A DNA stretch of 64,000 nucleotides from Desulfomonilia bacterium (GCA_050014195.1 JBEKDT010000001.1:426296-490295); one strand, 5' to 3'; shown: positions 50,977-60,990, counted from the stretch's first letter. Program-made: numbers and translations. Notes: generated by a model not told the origin, from the letters alone.

Positions 50977-51215
50977 AAAATTGCCTTAAGGTGAAGCTCA
51001 CCGGGTTCTCGGGTGTCTCTTAAATACCGGGGAAGAAAACTGTTCACTGCTTCGGCATTGAATGCTAGTATGTGTTGCCGGGAATTCCGGCCTGAGAGGG
51101 CCGCCGGCGCAGAGTCCATAAACCGGTGAGTCGGTTCGAACGCCGTGTCCATGGGCGCGCCTCCCTGAAGATTCGGGGATCGGGGATGGGCTTTTCAACC
51201 AGGGGAGGGAGTTGT

Positions 51216-53063
51216 ATGGGGCGTATCAATCTGAAAACCATCATTCGAAACTTTCTGTGGTTCGTCAATTTCAGGACCATGATCAAACTGAACATGTGGT
51301 GGCTGTGGCCGCGGCGCAAGCGGACCTTCTTCATCTTTGAAGGCAGGGAATATACCTATCGCGAGGTCTATCAGCAATCTCAGCGCTATGCCGGTTTCTT
51401 TCTCTCCGAGCGGCATAAACTGGTTGTAAGCGGGAAATTGGGCAAGGATGAGCGGTTGGCGCTGGGGATTTATATGGACAACACCCCGGAATTCATCTTT
51501 GCGGCCCTCGGGGCCGGATTGAGCAATTCGATCCTCTTTGCGATCAACACCGGGTTCCGCGGCGAAACGCTGGCAAAGGTCATCAACCAGGCGAAGATCG
51601 CCCGCCTGATCACGAACGCGAGCGTGGCCGCGGAGGTGGAGAGCATCATCCCGGATCTGACCGTACTCGGCCGTGAAGATATTTTGTATGCCGGAGAGGA
51701 AGGCGAGATTGTCGGCACGGGCTACCGGCTGCTGGAGCTCTCCGTTGCCGGCGCCACGTCCAAGGCCGCGCAGCAAAGCATGGTGCCCATTGACAATTTC
51801 AGCCCGGTCATCGTCATCTATACCTCCGGTACGACCAGCCTTCCCAAAGCGGTGCCCTGTACGCACATCAAGCTCGTGGGCGCGGGTGTTGTCGTTGAGA
51901 AAGATGTCCGCCTCACCAAAAAGGACCGCGGCTACATTTCCATGCCGCTCTTTCACTCGAATGCCTGGTACATCGGCATCCTCACGCAGATGGTCGCGGG
52001 AAGCAGCTTTGTGCTCAAGCGCCGCTTCAGCGCACGGGCCTTTGAGGATGACATGCTGGCCTACGGTGTGACCTTCCTGAATTATGTCGGCCAGCCGCTT
52101 CACTACATCATTGATGCCCTGGAAAAGAAATACGGAAGCGGCGAAGCGGTCGAGAAGGCCCTGGCAGGGCATCCGAAAAACCGGTTCCGGATCGCCTATG
52201 GGAACGGGGCCTCGGTCGTGGACCGCAAGAAACTGATGCGCTACCTCGGCATGGAACACATCTTTGAAATCTATGGATCAACAGAGGCGGTCATCACCAC
52301 AGCAAACCGGCCCGGCGATCCGATCGAATCCGTCGGCCAAGCGCAGGATTCGGTTATGATCCTTAATGAGCAGGACAGCGAGTGCCCCCCGGGGATCGTG
52401 GATGCGGGCGGGCGGCTCAAAAACTACGATCAGGCCGTGGGTGAGATCTGCGCCAAGGTCGGCGATGACAACCTCAGATTCGAAGGCTACCTTGACAATG
52501 CCAAAGCCACCACGCAAAAGTTCCGCAACGGAATCTACCATTCAGGCGATCTGGGCCATATCCGGATCGTGAACGGCAAGCGGTACCTGTATTTCAACGG
52601 GCGTACCGATGACTGGATCCGCAAGGACGGCGAGAACTTCTCTGCCGAGAATGTCCTGCAGTTTGCCCAGCAGATGCCCTGTGTGGACTGCGCGATCGCC
52701 TACGGCGCGCCGTGTGACGTATCGGATGAAAGGGTTATGGTGACAATCCAGCTCAAGAAAGACGCTCGATTCGATCCGGATGCGGTACATGCCTGGCTGA
52801 TCCGGCAGCAGAAAGAGGGCGGTATGGACCCCAAATGGATGCCCGACTTTATCCGTATCATCGAGAGCTTCCCCGTGACCGACACCCACAAGATCGTGGT
52901 GCGTCCCTATAAGCGGGAGCATTACAATATCGAGTGCAACCCCGATATGGTGGTTTATTTCAGGACCAAGAGCGATGCCACCTACACCCTTCTGACGCCG
53001 GAAAAGTACCAGGGCATGAAGGAATGCTTCATCAGGAACGGCCGGGAATCTTTACTCCTCTAG
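51216..53063 (+). CDS. Long-chain acyl-CoA synthetase (FATP/FadD17-like)
   Basis: YTSGTTSLPK, MPLFHSNA, YGSTE, SGDLG, GRTDDWIRKDGEN. Confidence 0.92.
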   Translation: MGRINLKTIIRNFLWFVNFRTMIKLNMWWLWPRRKRTFFIFEGREYTYREVYQQSQRYAGFFLSERHKLVVSGKLGKDERLALGIYMDNTPEFIFAALGAGLSNSILFAINTGFRGETLAKVINQAKIARLITNASVAAEVESIIPDLTVLGREDILYAGEEGEIVGTGYRLLELSVAGATSKAAQQSMVPIDNFSPVIVIYTSGTTSLPKAVPCTHIKLVGAGVVVEKDVRLTKKDRGYISMPLFHSNAWYIGILTQMVAGSSFVLKRRFSARAFEDDMLAYGVTFLNYVGQPLHYIIDALEKKYGSGEAVEKALAGHPKNRFRIAYGNGASVVDRKKLMRYLGMEHIFEIYGSTEAVITTANRPGDPIESVGQAQDSVMILNEQDSECPPGIVDAGGRLKNYDQAVGEICAKVGDDNLRFEGYLDNAKATTQKFRNGIYHSGDLGHIRIVNGKRYLYFNGRTDDWIRKDGENFSAENVLQFAQQMPCVDCAIAYGAPCDVSDERVMVTIQLKKDARFDPDAVHAWLIRQQKEGGMDPKWMPDFIRIIESFPVTDTHKIVVRPYKREHYNIECNPDMVVYFRTKSDATYTLLTPEKYQGMKECFIRNGRESLLL

Positions 53064-53088
53064 TCGTTTACGAAAGTATTACCCATGA

Positions 53089-54099
53089 CTATACGGAAAA
53101 GGCCTTGGTGATCTCATCTGTTCTGAACTGGGGCAGGGGGGTTTGTTTCCCGTCCCGGTAGAGGATAAGACCCTGCGATGAGGTTATGGTCCCGATATTG
53201 GCGCCGCAGATGCCGGCCTGGCTCCAGGCCGCCAGGATTGCCTGAGCATATTCCGGCCTGCAGCACACGATGAGCGACCCCGATGCCAGGGCCCCCAATG
53301 GGTCTATGGAAAAGACAGGAAGAATTTTCTCGGCAAGGGCTATGAGGGGAATGTGCTCCAGATGGACCTCCATGCCGCAGCCGCTTGCGCCTGCCAGCTC
53401 GAAGAGCCCGGTGGCAAGGCCTCCCTCCGTAGGGTCATGCATGGCAGTTACCCCGCCTGTTTCCAGGGCGATCCGTGCATCGCGGGTAACGCCGATCCCG
53501 GGGTCATAGATCAGGTTTTGCGCCTGCTTCAAGGTTACTTCATCAAGGCCCAGCTTGCCGGCAAACTCACGTGCAAGGAGCGCTGTTGCCTCAATGGGAA
53601 TGCCCTTGCTCAGGAGGACGGCATCACCCGGTTTCGCGCCGGAGGAGCGTATGATGCCGTGACCGGAGACTGTGCCTATCATAAATCCGATGGCGATCGG
53701 TCTTTCGATTCCGTAGGTTATCTCGGTATGGCCTCCGACCAAGGTAATGCCGTTTGCCGTACATGCCTCTTTAAGCCTTGAGAAGACGGCATGTGCACCA
53801 TCCCTGGTCGTGGCTCCCTGGGGCAGGAGGAAGGTCACCAGCAGGTATTTGGGAATGCCGCCCATGCAGGCGATGTCGTTGGCATTTACCGTGACGAGAT
53901 ACCAGGCTATATCGTCCGTTGCAAAGGTAATGGGGTCGGTCTTGAAGACGAGCTGTTCTTGTCCGAAACGGATAACCGCGGCATCCATGCCGATGCCGGG
54001 CCCCACGATCACGTCCGGGTCGGTGGTGGCAAGCTCTTTCAGAAATTGACTGAGAAGCTCGACGGGCAGCTTGCCGATGGGCAGCTTGTCTTCAGCCAT
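53089..54099 (-). CDS. AIR synthase-related (PurM/HypE-like) protein
   Basis: GKLP, GPGIGMDAA, KTDPIT, NANDIA, GGHTE, MHDPTEGG. Confidence 0.88.
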   Translation of the reverse strand: MAEDKLPIGKLPVELLSQFLKELATTDPDVIVGPGIGMDAAVIRFGQEQLVFKTDPITFATDDIAWYLVTVNANDIACMGGIPKYLLVTFLLPQGATTRDGAHAVFSRLKEACTANGITLVGGHTEITYGIERPIAIGFMIGTVSGHGIIRSSGAKPGDAVLLSKGIPIEATALLAREFAGKLGLDEVTLKQAQNLIYDPGIGVTRDARIALETGGVTAMHDPTEGGLATGLFELAGASGCGMEVHLEHIPLIALAEKILPVFSIDPLGALASGSLIVCCRPEYAQAILAAWSQAGICGANIGTITSSQGLILYRDGKQTPLPQFRTDEITKAFSV

Positions 54100-54868
54100 G
54101 CGGCAGCTCGCTCTCGATATATGCGTAGGCACTGTGGTTGTGGATGCTCTCGATATTTTCCGCCTCCACCGAAAACCAGGAGAACTCGCTGCGCCGGCTT
54201 AAAAGGGAGGCCGCCTGCCTCACGACATCCTCAACGAACTTGGGATTCCGGTAGGCCGATTCCGTGACAAACTTCTCATCAGGTCTCTTAAGGACTGGAT
54301 AGACCGGACTGGAGCCGCACTGTTCGATGAGCTCGATGAGATCCTCCATCCAGAAAAACTTTTCATAGCGAACCACCGCCGTCACGATGCCCCGCTGATT
54401 GTGCGCCCCGAAGTCGCTTATCTCTCTCGAGCAGGGGCACAGGGTCTGGATGGGCACCTTGACGCCGACCTTGAATTCACGGCGTTGACCCACCATGCCC
54501 ATGAGTGAACAGCGATATTCCATGAGCCCTACCGAACCCGTCACCGGCGCCGTCTTCTCGATGAAATAGGGGAACTCCACTTCCAGGTGGGCACTCTCGG
54601 CCTCAAGAGACCGTTTGATGTCATTGAGGATGTGTTCAAAGTTCTTGATATGGATCTCTTCCTTGTGCTCGTTGAGCACCTCGATAAAGCGGCTCATGTG
54701 GGTGCCCTTGAATTCCCGGGGCAGATCCACGTAGAGGTTGATGGAGGCAACGGTGTGCTGCGTGCCCTTTTTCTTGTCCGATACCACGATGGGGTATGAA
54801 ACGCCCTTGACTCCTACCTTTTCTATATAGAGGGGATTGTCGGGTCTTTGCTTTTGCACATCCTTCAT
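54092..54868 (-). CDS. folE2: GTP cyclohydrolase IB
   Basis: DVQ, KGTHMSRF, LCPCS, GAHNQR, LKRPDEK, NPKFVED, ESIHNH. Confidence 0.96.
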   Translation of the reverse strand: MKDVQKQRPDNPLYIEKVGVKGVSYPIVVSDKKKGTQHTVASINLYVDLPREFKGTHMSRFIEVLNEHKEEIHIKNFEHILNDIKRSLEAESAHLEVEFPYFIEKTAPVTGSVGLMEYRCSLMGMVGQRREFKVGVKVPIQTLCPCSREISDFGAHNQRGIVTAVVRYEKFFWMEDLIELIEQCGSSPVYPVLKRPDEKFVTESAYRNPKFVEDVVRQAASLLSRRSEFSWFSVEAENIESIHNHSAYAYIESELPHG

Positions 54869-55272
54869 GGTTTAGGTCCAACCGAGCCGGAATAGGTCAC
54901 ACAGGAGGAATCGTTCTCCCAGACAGTGACTTCTTTCAGCCGCACAGGGGGCACAACCGCACCGGAGATGGAATGGAAAACATATTTGGCGATGTTCTCG
55001 GCTGAAGGGTTTAGCGTTGTGAAGGGCTCGATCTCGTTCAGGTACTGATGGTCCAGCCCGGCAAGCACCTTCTTGAGGTGCTGCTTGAGGTCGCGGAAAT
55101 CCGCGACGATGCCGCACGTATCGAGCGTGGATGACTCCACCGCAATTTCCACGCGGTAGTTGTGACCGTGCAGCCTCTCACAGTCGCCCTGGTAACCCCT
55201 GAGGCTGTGTGCCGCGCTGAAGCCCTCTATGACCTTTGCCGTGAACATGTGGAGTACATAATACAATGTCAT
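54865..55272 (-). CDS. queD: 6-carboxytetrahydropterin synthase
   Basis: FSAAHSL, CERLHGHNY, LDHQYLN, PSAENIA, VWE. Confidence 0.94.
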   Translation of the reverse strand: MTLYYVLHMFTAKVIEGFSAAHSLRGYQGDCERLHGHNYRVEIAVESSTLDTCGIVADFRDLKQHLKKVLAGLDHQYLNEIEPFTTLNPSAENIAKYVFHSISGAVVPPVRLKEVTVWENDSSCVTYSGSVGPKP

Positions 55273-55398
55273 ACGATCTGCAAGAGGGGCATTAGCAAAG
55301 AAGATCTTTTCATGATATGATATTCTTAACTTACACGCAGAATGACATGAGAGGGTGTTGCGGGATCATCCGGAAATGAATGGGGGAAGGTTAAGACT

Positions 55399-55795
55399 CA
55401 TGGGCAGACAGGAAGTGAAACGTTTTGTGCGGGGTACACTGGGGTGCGCCTGCCCTGATGAGGTGTTTGAGCATATAGCTGTCAATCCTCTTAACCCCTG
55501 TCCCGGTCTCCCTGTTGACGGTTCCCTGGAGGTTGGCGGCCGTCTTCTGATCTATATCACGTTTAAAGATGATATCCAGGTACTCAAGGAGAGCCTTAAA
55601 GAGATCATCCGGCAGGGCAAAGAAATAAGGGACCGCAGGGGCTTCAACCGGTTCCGATATGTAGTTGTGGCAAATGAAGTTGAAGCGCTCAATGCGGCCT
55701 TGGTCCCGTTGTTCAATTCGATGCCGTTTATTGATGAGAAGGTCCACCTGCACATCATCACGGATGATAGTATCAGAACATGGATAACGGCCTGA
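55399..55795 (+). CDS. Hypothetical protein
   Basis: FVRGTLGCACPDEVF, RDRRGFNRFR, DEKVHLH; start uncertain. Confidence 0.75.
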
Positions 55796-55904
55796 TAAAC
55801 CCCCAGCGAGGCGAGAAAGCCGTAAGGGGAATGCCCTTGTCAGATGGGTTGAATTGGTATATTCCGAAATCAGTAAGAAGAAAAGAGGCGCTACACAACC
55901 TAAA

Positions 55905-56849
55905 ATGCCCACGATCGATTTTGCAGACACGCATATCCTGCGGCAGCTCGCCGGCGACAGCTGTTCCCACCTGAAGATCCTCGAGGAATCCATCGGCGTT
56001 AAATGCGCGCTCAAGGGCAACACCATCGAGCTTTCGGGCGAGAGCTTCGACGTGGAGCTCGCAGAGCACGCCCTGAAAGATCTCTACAAACTCATAAAAG
56101 GCGGGTTCCCCATCTATCCGGATGACGTGTGGTATGCGGTGCGGATGATCGCCAAGGACCACAATGTCGACCTGGAGGACGTGTTCAAGGACAATATATA
56201 CATTTCCTCCACCAAGAAGGTCATCTTCCCCAAGAGCCTCCAGCAGAAACGCTATATCGATGCCATGCGGTTCAAGGACATCCTCTTCGGCATAGGCCCT
56301 GCAGGCACAGGCAAAACCTACCTTGCCCTTGCCATGGGTGTACACTACCTGCTGAAAAAGAAGGTGGAACGCATCGTGCTGACCCGGCCTGCGGTGGAGG
56401 CCGGAGAAAGGCTCGGCTTTCTGCCCGGCGATCTGCAGGAAAAGGTAAACCCCTACTTAAGGCCGCTCTATGACGCGTTGTACGACATGCTGGAGCGCGA
56501 CCATGTCCTGAGGCTCATGGCCAGGGATCATATCGAGGTCGCTCCGCTTGCCTTTATGCGCGGCAGGACGCTGAACGACGCCTTCATTATTTTAGATGAG
56601 GCCCAGAACACCACTTCAGAGCAGATGAAGATGTTCCTCACCCGGCTTGGTTACAACTCGAAGGCCGTGGTCACGGGAGATATCACCCAGATCGACCTGC
56701 CCCAGGGCTCGATATCGGGCCTTGTGGAGGCTTCTCAAATCCTCAAGGAAATCGATGAGCTGGGCTTCGTGTATTTCTCTGAAGATGATGTGGTTAGGCA
56801 CAAGGTCGTGGCAAAGATTATTAGGGCCTATGATAAGAGCGGCAGATGA
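55905..56849 (+). CDS. phoH: PhoH-family ATPase
   Basis: GPAGTGKT, RPAVEAGE.LGFLPGD, AFMRGRTL, DEAQN, GDITQIDL. Confidence 0.95.
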   Translation: MPTIDFADTHILRQLAGDSCSHLKILEESIGVKCALKGNTIELSGESFDVELAEHALKDLYKLIKGGFPIYPDDVWYAVRMIAKDHNVDLEDVFKDNIYISSTKKVIFPKSLQQKRYIDAMRFKDILFGIGPAGTGKTYLALAMGVHYLLKKKVERIVLTRPAVEAGERLGFLPGDLQEKVNPYLRPLYDALYDMLERDHVLRLMARDHIEVAPLAFMRGRTLNDAFIILDEAQNTTSEQMKMFLTRLGYNSKAVVTGDITQIDLPQGSISGLVEASQILKEIDELGFVYFSEDDVVRHKVVAKIIRAYDKSGR

Positions 56850-57298
56850 ACCTCATTGACATCATCAAAGAGCAGGAGGCCTTCGAAGTCGATAGCGACC
56901 TCATCGGGCCCTGGGCGGTGAGAATCCTCGAAATCCTCGGCAGGCAGGACGTGGAGCTGTGTGTGGTGCTCACCGATAACAAGCACATAAAGGAATTGAA
57001 CAAAGAATACTTGGGCAGGGACAAGCCCACCAACGTCATATCCTTTCCCCAGCAGGAGGGTGAAGGCCCTGAAGGCAGCCACCTTGGGGATATAATCATC
57101 TCGGTGGAGAAGGCTGCACAAGAGGCCCATGATGCCGGTATGGACTTGGTTGATCGCCTCAAACAGCTTCTCGTCCACGGGATATGCCACCTTTGCGGGT
57201 ATGACCATGAAGGGGTCTCCGAAGAGATGGTACGCGAGATGGAGGCCGTTGAAGAGCAGGTGCTTTCCCTTCTCAATGGAGATTCTGTAGAGAGTTAG
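56846..57298 (+). CDS. ybeY: rRNA maturation RNase
   Basis: LNKEY..DKPTNVISF, LGDIII, HGICHLCGYDH. Confidence 0.95.
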   Translation: MNLIDIIKEQEAFEVDSDLIGPWAVRILEILGRQDVELCVVLTDNKHIKELNKEYLGRDKPTNVISFPQQEGEGPEGSHLGDIIISVEKAAQEAHDAGMDLVDRLKQLLVHGICHLCGYDHEGVSEEMVREMEAVEEQVLSLLNGDSVES

Positions 57299-57420
57299 CC
57301 TGGCTTTATCATCACGGACGAAGCGAAATAACTTTAATAATTATAGTTGGTTATTTGCAATACAGGCTGCGGAAAAAGTGCTTGCCATGCCATGAGACCC
57401 TCTGCTATAAGGCTCCACTA

Positions 57421-57498
<78 letters not shown>

Positions 57499-57515
57499 TA
57501 GCAGGGGCGAAGTGG

Positions 57516-57592
<77 letters not shown>

Positions 57593-57602
57593 GAGCATAT
57601 AT

Positions 57603-57679
57603 GGTGAGTGTAGCTCAGATGGTAGAGCGCAGGATTGTGGCTCCTGTGGCCGAGGGTTCGATCCCCTTCACTCACCCCA
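57603..57679 (+). tRNA. tRNA-His(GTG)
   Basis: Anticodon GTG; G-1/C73 signature; CCA end. Confidence 0.96.
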
Positions 57680-57692
57680 TTATTGAAGGGAA

Positions 57693-57769
57693 GCGCCCGT
57701 AGCTCAGCAGGATAGAGCGTCGGACTTCGAATCCGCAGGTCGGGCGTTCGAGTCGCCCCGGGCGTACCA
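57693..57769 (+). tRNA. tRNA-Arg(TCG)
   Basis: Anticodon loop CT-TCG-AA; CCA end. Confidence 0.94.
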
Positions 57770-57778
57770 AAATGGTAT

Positions 57779-57854
57779 GGGCCATTAGCTCAACTGGTAG
57801 AGCAACTGACTCTTAATCAGTAGGTCCCTGGTTCGAGCCCAGGATGGCCCACCA
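57779..57854 (+). tRNA. tRNA-Lys(CTT), probable integration site
   Basis: GGGCCAT..ATGGCCC-ACCA; anticodon CTT; abuts the integrase stop codon. Confidence 0.96.
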
Positions 57855-57855
57855 A

Positions 57856-58941
57856 TTAAATTAAGGACTTAGCAGATATTGCTAGGTCCTTTTTCATTAA
57901 ACTGTGCACTTTTTGTGCAGTTGATTTTTCATTCAAGACACCATCAAGTATATCCACTGCGTTCACCTTATGACTAGGGGCAAGATGTGCATATCTTAAA
58001 GTCATTGTGAGTGTCTTATGTCCTAGGAGCTCTTTCACTGTTGTGATGTCAACCCCTGCCATGACAAGGTGACTTGCAAAGGTGTGCCTGAGGTCGTGGA
58101 AGTGAAAGTCGTGGATCTTAGACCGCCGGAGTGCCCCCGCGAAACTGCGTTTTACATCCTGTAGGGCCTTCCCGGTTCTCGGATCATAGAATATATAGGG
58201 AACGTCAAGCCGTGGGATAATGCTCTGTAGTGCTGCTCTCAAGGTGCTATTAATGGGAAGCTCTCGCCGATCACCATTTTTAGTGATCTCAAGTAAGATG
58301 AAACCATGCTTCAGATCAACTTGATCCCACCTTAAGCCTAGGATCTCGCCTTTCCTCATACCCGTGTTAAGTGCAGTGATCACCACGGGCTTCAGATGTG
58401 CATCACAAGCATTAATCAGGTTCAGGCACTCATCCCGGTTAAGGTAACGCAATCGTCGGTTATTTTCTTGTAGTAGCCTTGCCCTTCTAATCCTCTTAAG
58501 TGTCTCTTCCTCAACCATGTCCCATTCAACCGCCTTGCTGAACATATGCTTAAGGGTTGCAAGTAGCCGGTTGACCGTGGAGGGTTTGTTCCCCTTTTGA
58601 AGTCTCTCGGTCTGTAACTGCTCCACAAGCATTGTATTAAACCGCCTAAGGGGTAGGGGACCATACTTCTCATTAAGCTGGTTCACAAAACCTTGTTTGC
58701 TTCTGAAACTTCGTTGCCGCTCTGCCCATACCAGATATTGCTCTGTGAGCTCCGAGAAGGTGCAATTCTTGATCTGTTTGATCTCAGGTGCTTTCCCTTC
58801 CTTGATTCCCTGCCTTCGCCTGATTAGTAGGGTCTCTGCCGCTCGGTACTTCTCAGAGCTAGAGCTTTCACGAATGATATGCCCATCCAGGCCCGCGTAT
58901 CTTACCCAGTAAACATTGCCTCTTTTATAGATCCCTTTCAT
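57856..58941 (-). CDS. Tyrosine integrase
   Basis: TGMRKGE, TKNG, HDLRHTFAS, LLGHK, RYAH catalytic residues. Confidence 0.97.
   Translation of the reverse strand: MKGIYKRGNVYWVRYAGLDGHIIRESSSSEKYRAAETLLIRRRQGIKEGKAPEIKQIKNCTFSELTEQYLVWAERQRSFRSKQGFVNQLNEKYGPLPLRRFNTMLVEQLQTERLQKGNKPSTVNRLLATLKHMFSKAVEWDMVEEETLKRIRRARLLQENNRRLRYLNRDECLNLINACDAHLKPVVITALNTGMRKGEILGLRWDQVDLKHGFILLEITKNGDRRELPINSTLRAALQSIIPRLDVPYIFYDPRTGKALQDVKRSFAGALRRSKIHDFHFHDLRHTFASHLVMAGVDITTVKELLGHKTLTMTLRYAHLAPSHKVNAVDILDGVLNEKSTAQKVHSLMKKDLAISAKSLI
57863..57894 (+). terminator. Terminator for the tRNA operon, supplied by the element
   Basis: AAGGACTTAGCA stem, loop, TGCTAGGTCCTT stem, T-run. Confidence 0.7.
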
Positions 58942-59287
58942 TGGTTATCCCCCTTATATCCGTGTTCTCCACGGTTTATTTGCACAGGGAACACACCGGA
59001 AGGGTAGAGGTATGGGGAGGGTATAGAAGGAAGATACAGATCTTGATTGAAGATTAAAAAATGATGTAAGTTCAATACCAGCCATATGCCTGCCATCCTC
59101 AGGTGTGTGGTTAGGTTCGGCGTGGTGTTATCAGCACTGCGCTGAACCGCTTTTAATAATACACCATCAAAAACAAAATTCAAGTAAAATCCGATGAAAT
59201 CAACTGCACAATTTACTGCACATGGGTTAGTAACTAATTGCTTTATCATATGGTTTTTCTCTGTATGTTTGATTAGTAGTCAACGGG

Positions 59288-59581
59288 TCACCTTGCCAGT
59301 TTTATGGGAGAAGTGACTTGTATAGAGCTTCTTTCAAGATGCTTGTCTATTGCCGCTTTGGAAAACCTCAGATACTTGCCCAGCTTGGTATGAGGAAGTG
59401 CTCCATACTGAACCTGTTTATAGATCCATGATGTATCAACCCGGAGATAATCAGCAAGCCCATGGACATCAAAGATTGTATCTTCATACCTTTTCCCGTT
59501 GTTACTTAGAGCGGGCCTTAGAAGATCATAAACCCGTCGGGCTATCGCTTCAATGTCTTGGGCTTCAAGCTCTGTTCTCAT
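59288..59581 (-). CDS. Excisionase-like HTH_17 protein
   Basis: FDVHGLADYLRVDTSWIYK..LPHTKLGKYLRF. Confidence 0.88.
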   Translation of the reverse strand: MRTELEAQDIEAIARRVYDLLRPALSNNGKRYEDTIFDVHGLADYLRVDTSWIYKQVQYGALPHTKLGKYLRFSKAAIDKHLERSSIQVTSPIKLAR

Positions 59582-59759
59582 GTTCTACCTACTAGAGAAT
59601 CACCATACCCTTACCCCTGGGTTACCCTGCTAGATATGGTACATATATACTTGTCAGTCATTCTTGACTTACGGTGAAGGTTTCTATCTATCATCATGTC
59701 CCGTTTACTCTCATACGGCATCAATAAAGGTTTTTTAACCATTGCCTCTTCAATATCCC

Positions 59760-59844
59760 CACAGTCATTTTTGACACCCCTCCCCTCCATTATTGACTGT
59801 GGTCTCACAGTCATTTTTGACTATTAACCACAGTCATTATTGAC
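59760..59844. repeat. Four iteron-like repeats with core CATT(T/A)TTGAC at 22-24 bp spacing
   Basis: Cores at 59766, 59788, 59812 and 59835; three are full CACAGTCATTWTTGAC. Confidence 0.85.
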
Positions 59845-60345
59845 TGGCATTTTTTGCTTTTTCTCATTTCTAGTCTTATTGAATTCATCAAATCCTGAAC
59901 TATACCTTATCGTTTTCGGCCTCACACCCGGCTCAAATCCAGGCTTTCCATATTCCTTCCAATTCTCAATATACATGAACTGTGTATAGTCTTGCTTATC
60001 TCCGAGTGTTCCGCCTTGGTGTTCAACGGTAATAAACCCAAGATTGCAAAGCTGCTCAAGAGAACGGTCAAATGTCGATCCTGGAATGCCCATGATTTTG
60101 GCTTCACTATATGGGAATCTTAGTCCACCATTCTTATAATCATTGTAATCCCAATCCTTCTTCCTCCCCCTCCTATCAGTCCATGTCCGCTTCTGCATGA
60201 AGCGGTGAAGGATGTGAATAGATGATGCTGTTAAGGTTCTGTATGCATCTGAATACATCAGTTCGGAGGTAAGATTTACATGGCGTTTAAGTTCAAGATG
60301 CTTGTTCTTGAACTCTTTCACGTTAATGATATGTTTCATTTTCAT
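59824..60345 (-). CDS. Winged-helix protein, candidate replication initiator
   Basis: SDAYRTLT, NGGLRFPYSE..STFDRSLEQLCNLGFI; iterons at 3' end. Confidence 0.7.
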   Translation of the reverse strand: MKMKHIINVKEFKNKHLELKRHVNLTSELMYSDAYRTLTASSIHILHRFMQKRTWTDRRGRKKDWDYNDYKNGGLRFPYSEAKIMGIPGSTFDRSLEQLCNLGFITVEHQGGTLGDKQDYTQFMYIENWKEYGKPGFEPGVRPKTIRYSSGFDEFNKTRNEKKQKMPVNNDCG

Positions 60346-60797
60346 TCCTGAGTCAGGATTTTGGGTGTTTTATTAACTTTACCCATAGTAGATGTCTTCA
60401 GCTGTCTCACATTCAAAACACCCTCGCCGGTGAGCGATTTTTGCAAAAGAGGCACATTCTTGGTAGTCTTCTCAACTGCTCCACGGTAAGGATAAAGTGG
60501 ACATGAAGTAGTAGGACACAGACGAACCTCTCCAGGTTTATTACAACAGCACCATAAGCAATATCGACGTATAGATTTGTTCCGGTCTTTAGGGTCCTGT
60601 TTTCCTCGTCCCATTCTGAATGGGTAGAGAGGGCAATCCTTAAATATACATTCTTTAACTTCTTTCATGTTCCCTGCACTGCAATCTGTGCAGCGATAAC
60701 GAATAGATCGCCGCCTGTTGATGCTAATAGTCTTTTTACCTGCTTGGGTTTGGATATGATTTTCATAGGATTTCCTACTCACTACTTGCTGGATCAT
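60342..60797 (-). CDS. Protein with two tandem Cys4 repeats
   Basis: SIR..CxxC..EV..C....CPLYP(F/Y)R twice. Confidence 0.75.
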   Translation of the reverse strand: MIQQVVSRKSYENHIQTQAGKKTISINRRRSIRYRCTDCSAGNMKEVKECIFKDCPLYPFRMGRGKQDPKDRNKSIRRYCLWCCCNKPGEVRLCPTTSCPLYPYRGAVEKTTKNVPLLQKSLTGEGVLNVRQLKTSTMGKVNKTPKILTQE

Positions 60798-60990
60798 CAG
60801 AGAAGGCCTCTTCTATGGTCATCCCAATGTAATCACAGAGTGCTTTTACTCGCGGATCATCAGGTCCTGGGTGGTCTATCCCAGCCGTAATCTTATAAAG
60901 TCGGTTCGGTGATAAACCACATGCCCAGGCAATTTCATGAAGAGGTTTTCCAGTAGTTCTTAATTTTTGAAAGAATTTCTGTGAAAGCAT
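60775..60990 (-). CDS. Small Cro/Xre-like HTH protein
   Basis: LHEIAWACGLSPNRLYKI; AAGGGGG RBS. Confidence 0.75.
   Translation of the reverse strand: MLSQKFFQKLRTTGKPLHEIAWACGLSPNRLYKITAGIDHPGPDDPRVKALCDYIGMTIEEAFSDDPASSE

Noticed and set aside
58938-59249. 103-aa ORF upstream of the integrase
   Set aside because: No motifs; overlaps the probable int promoter and arm-site region
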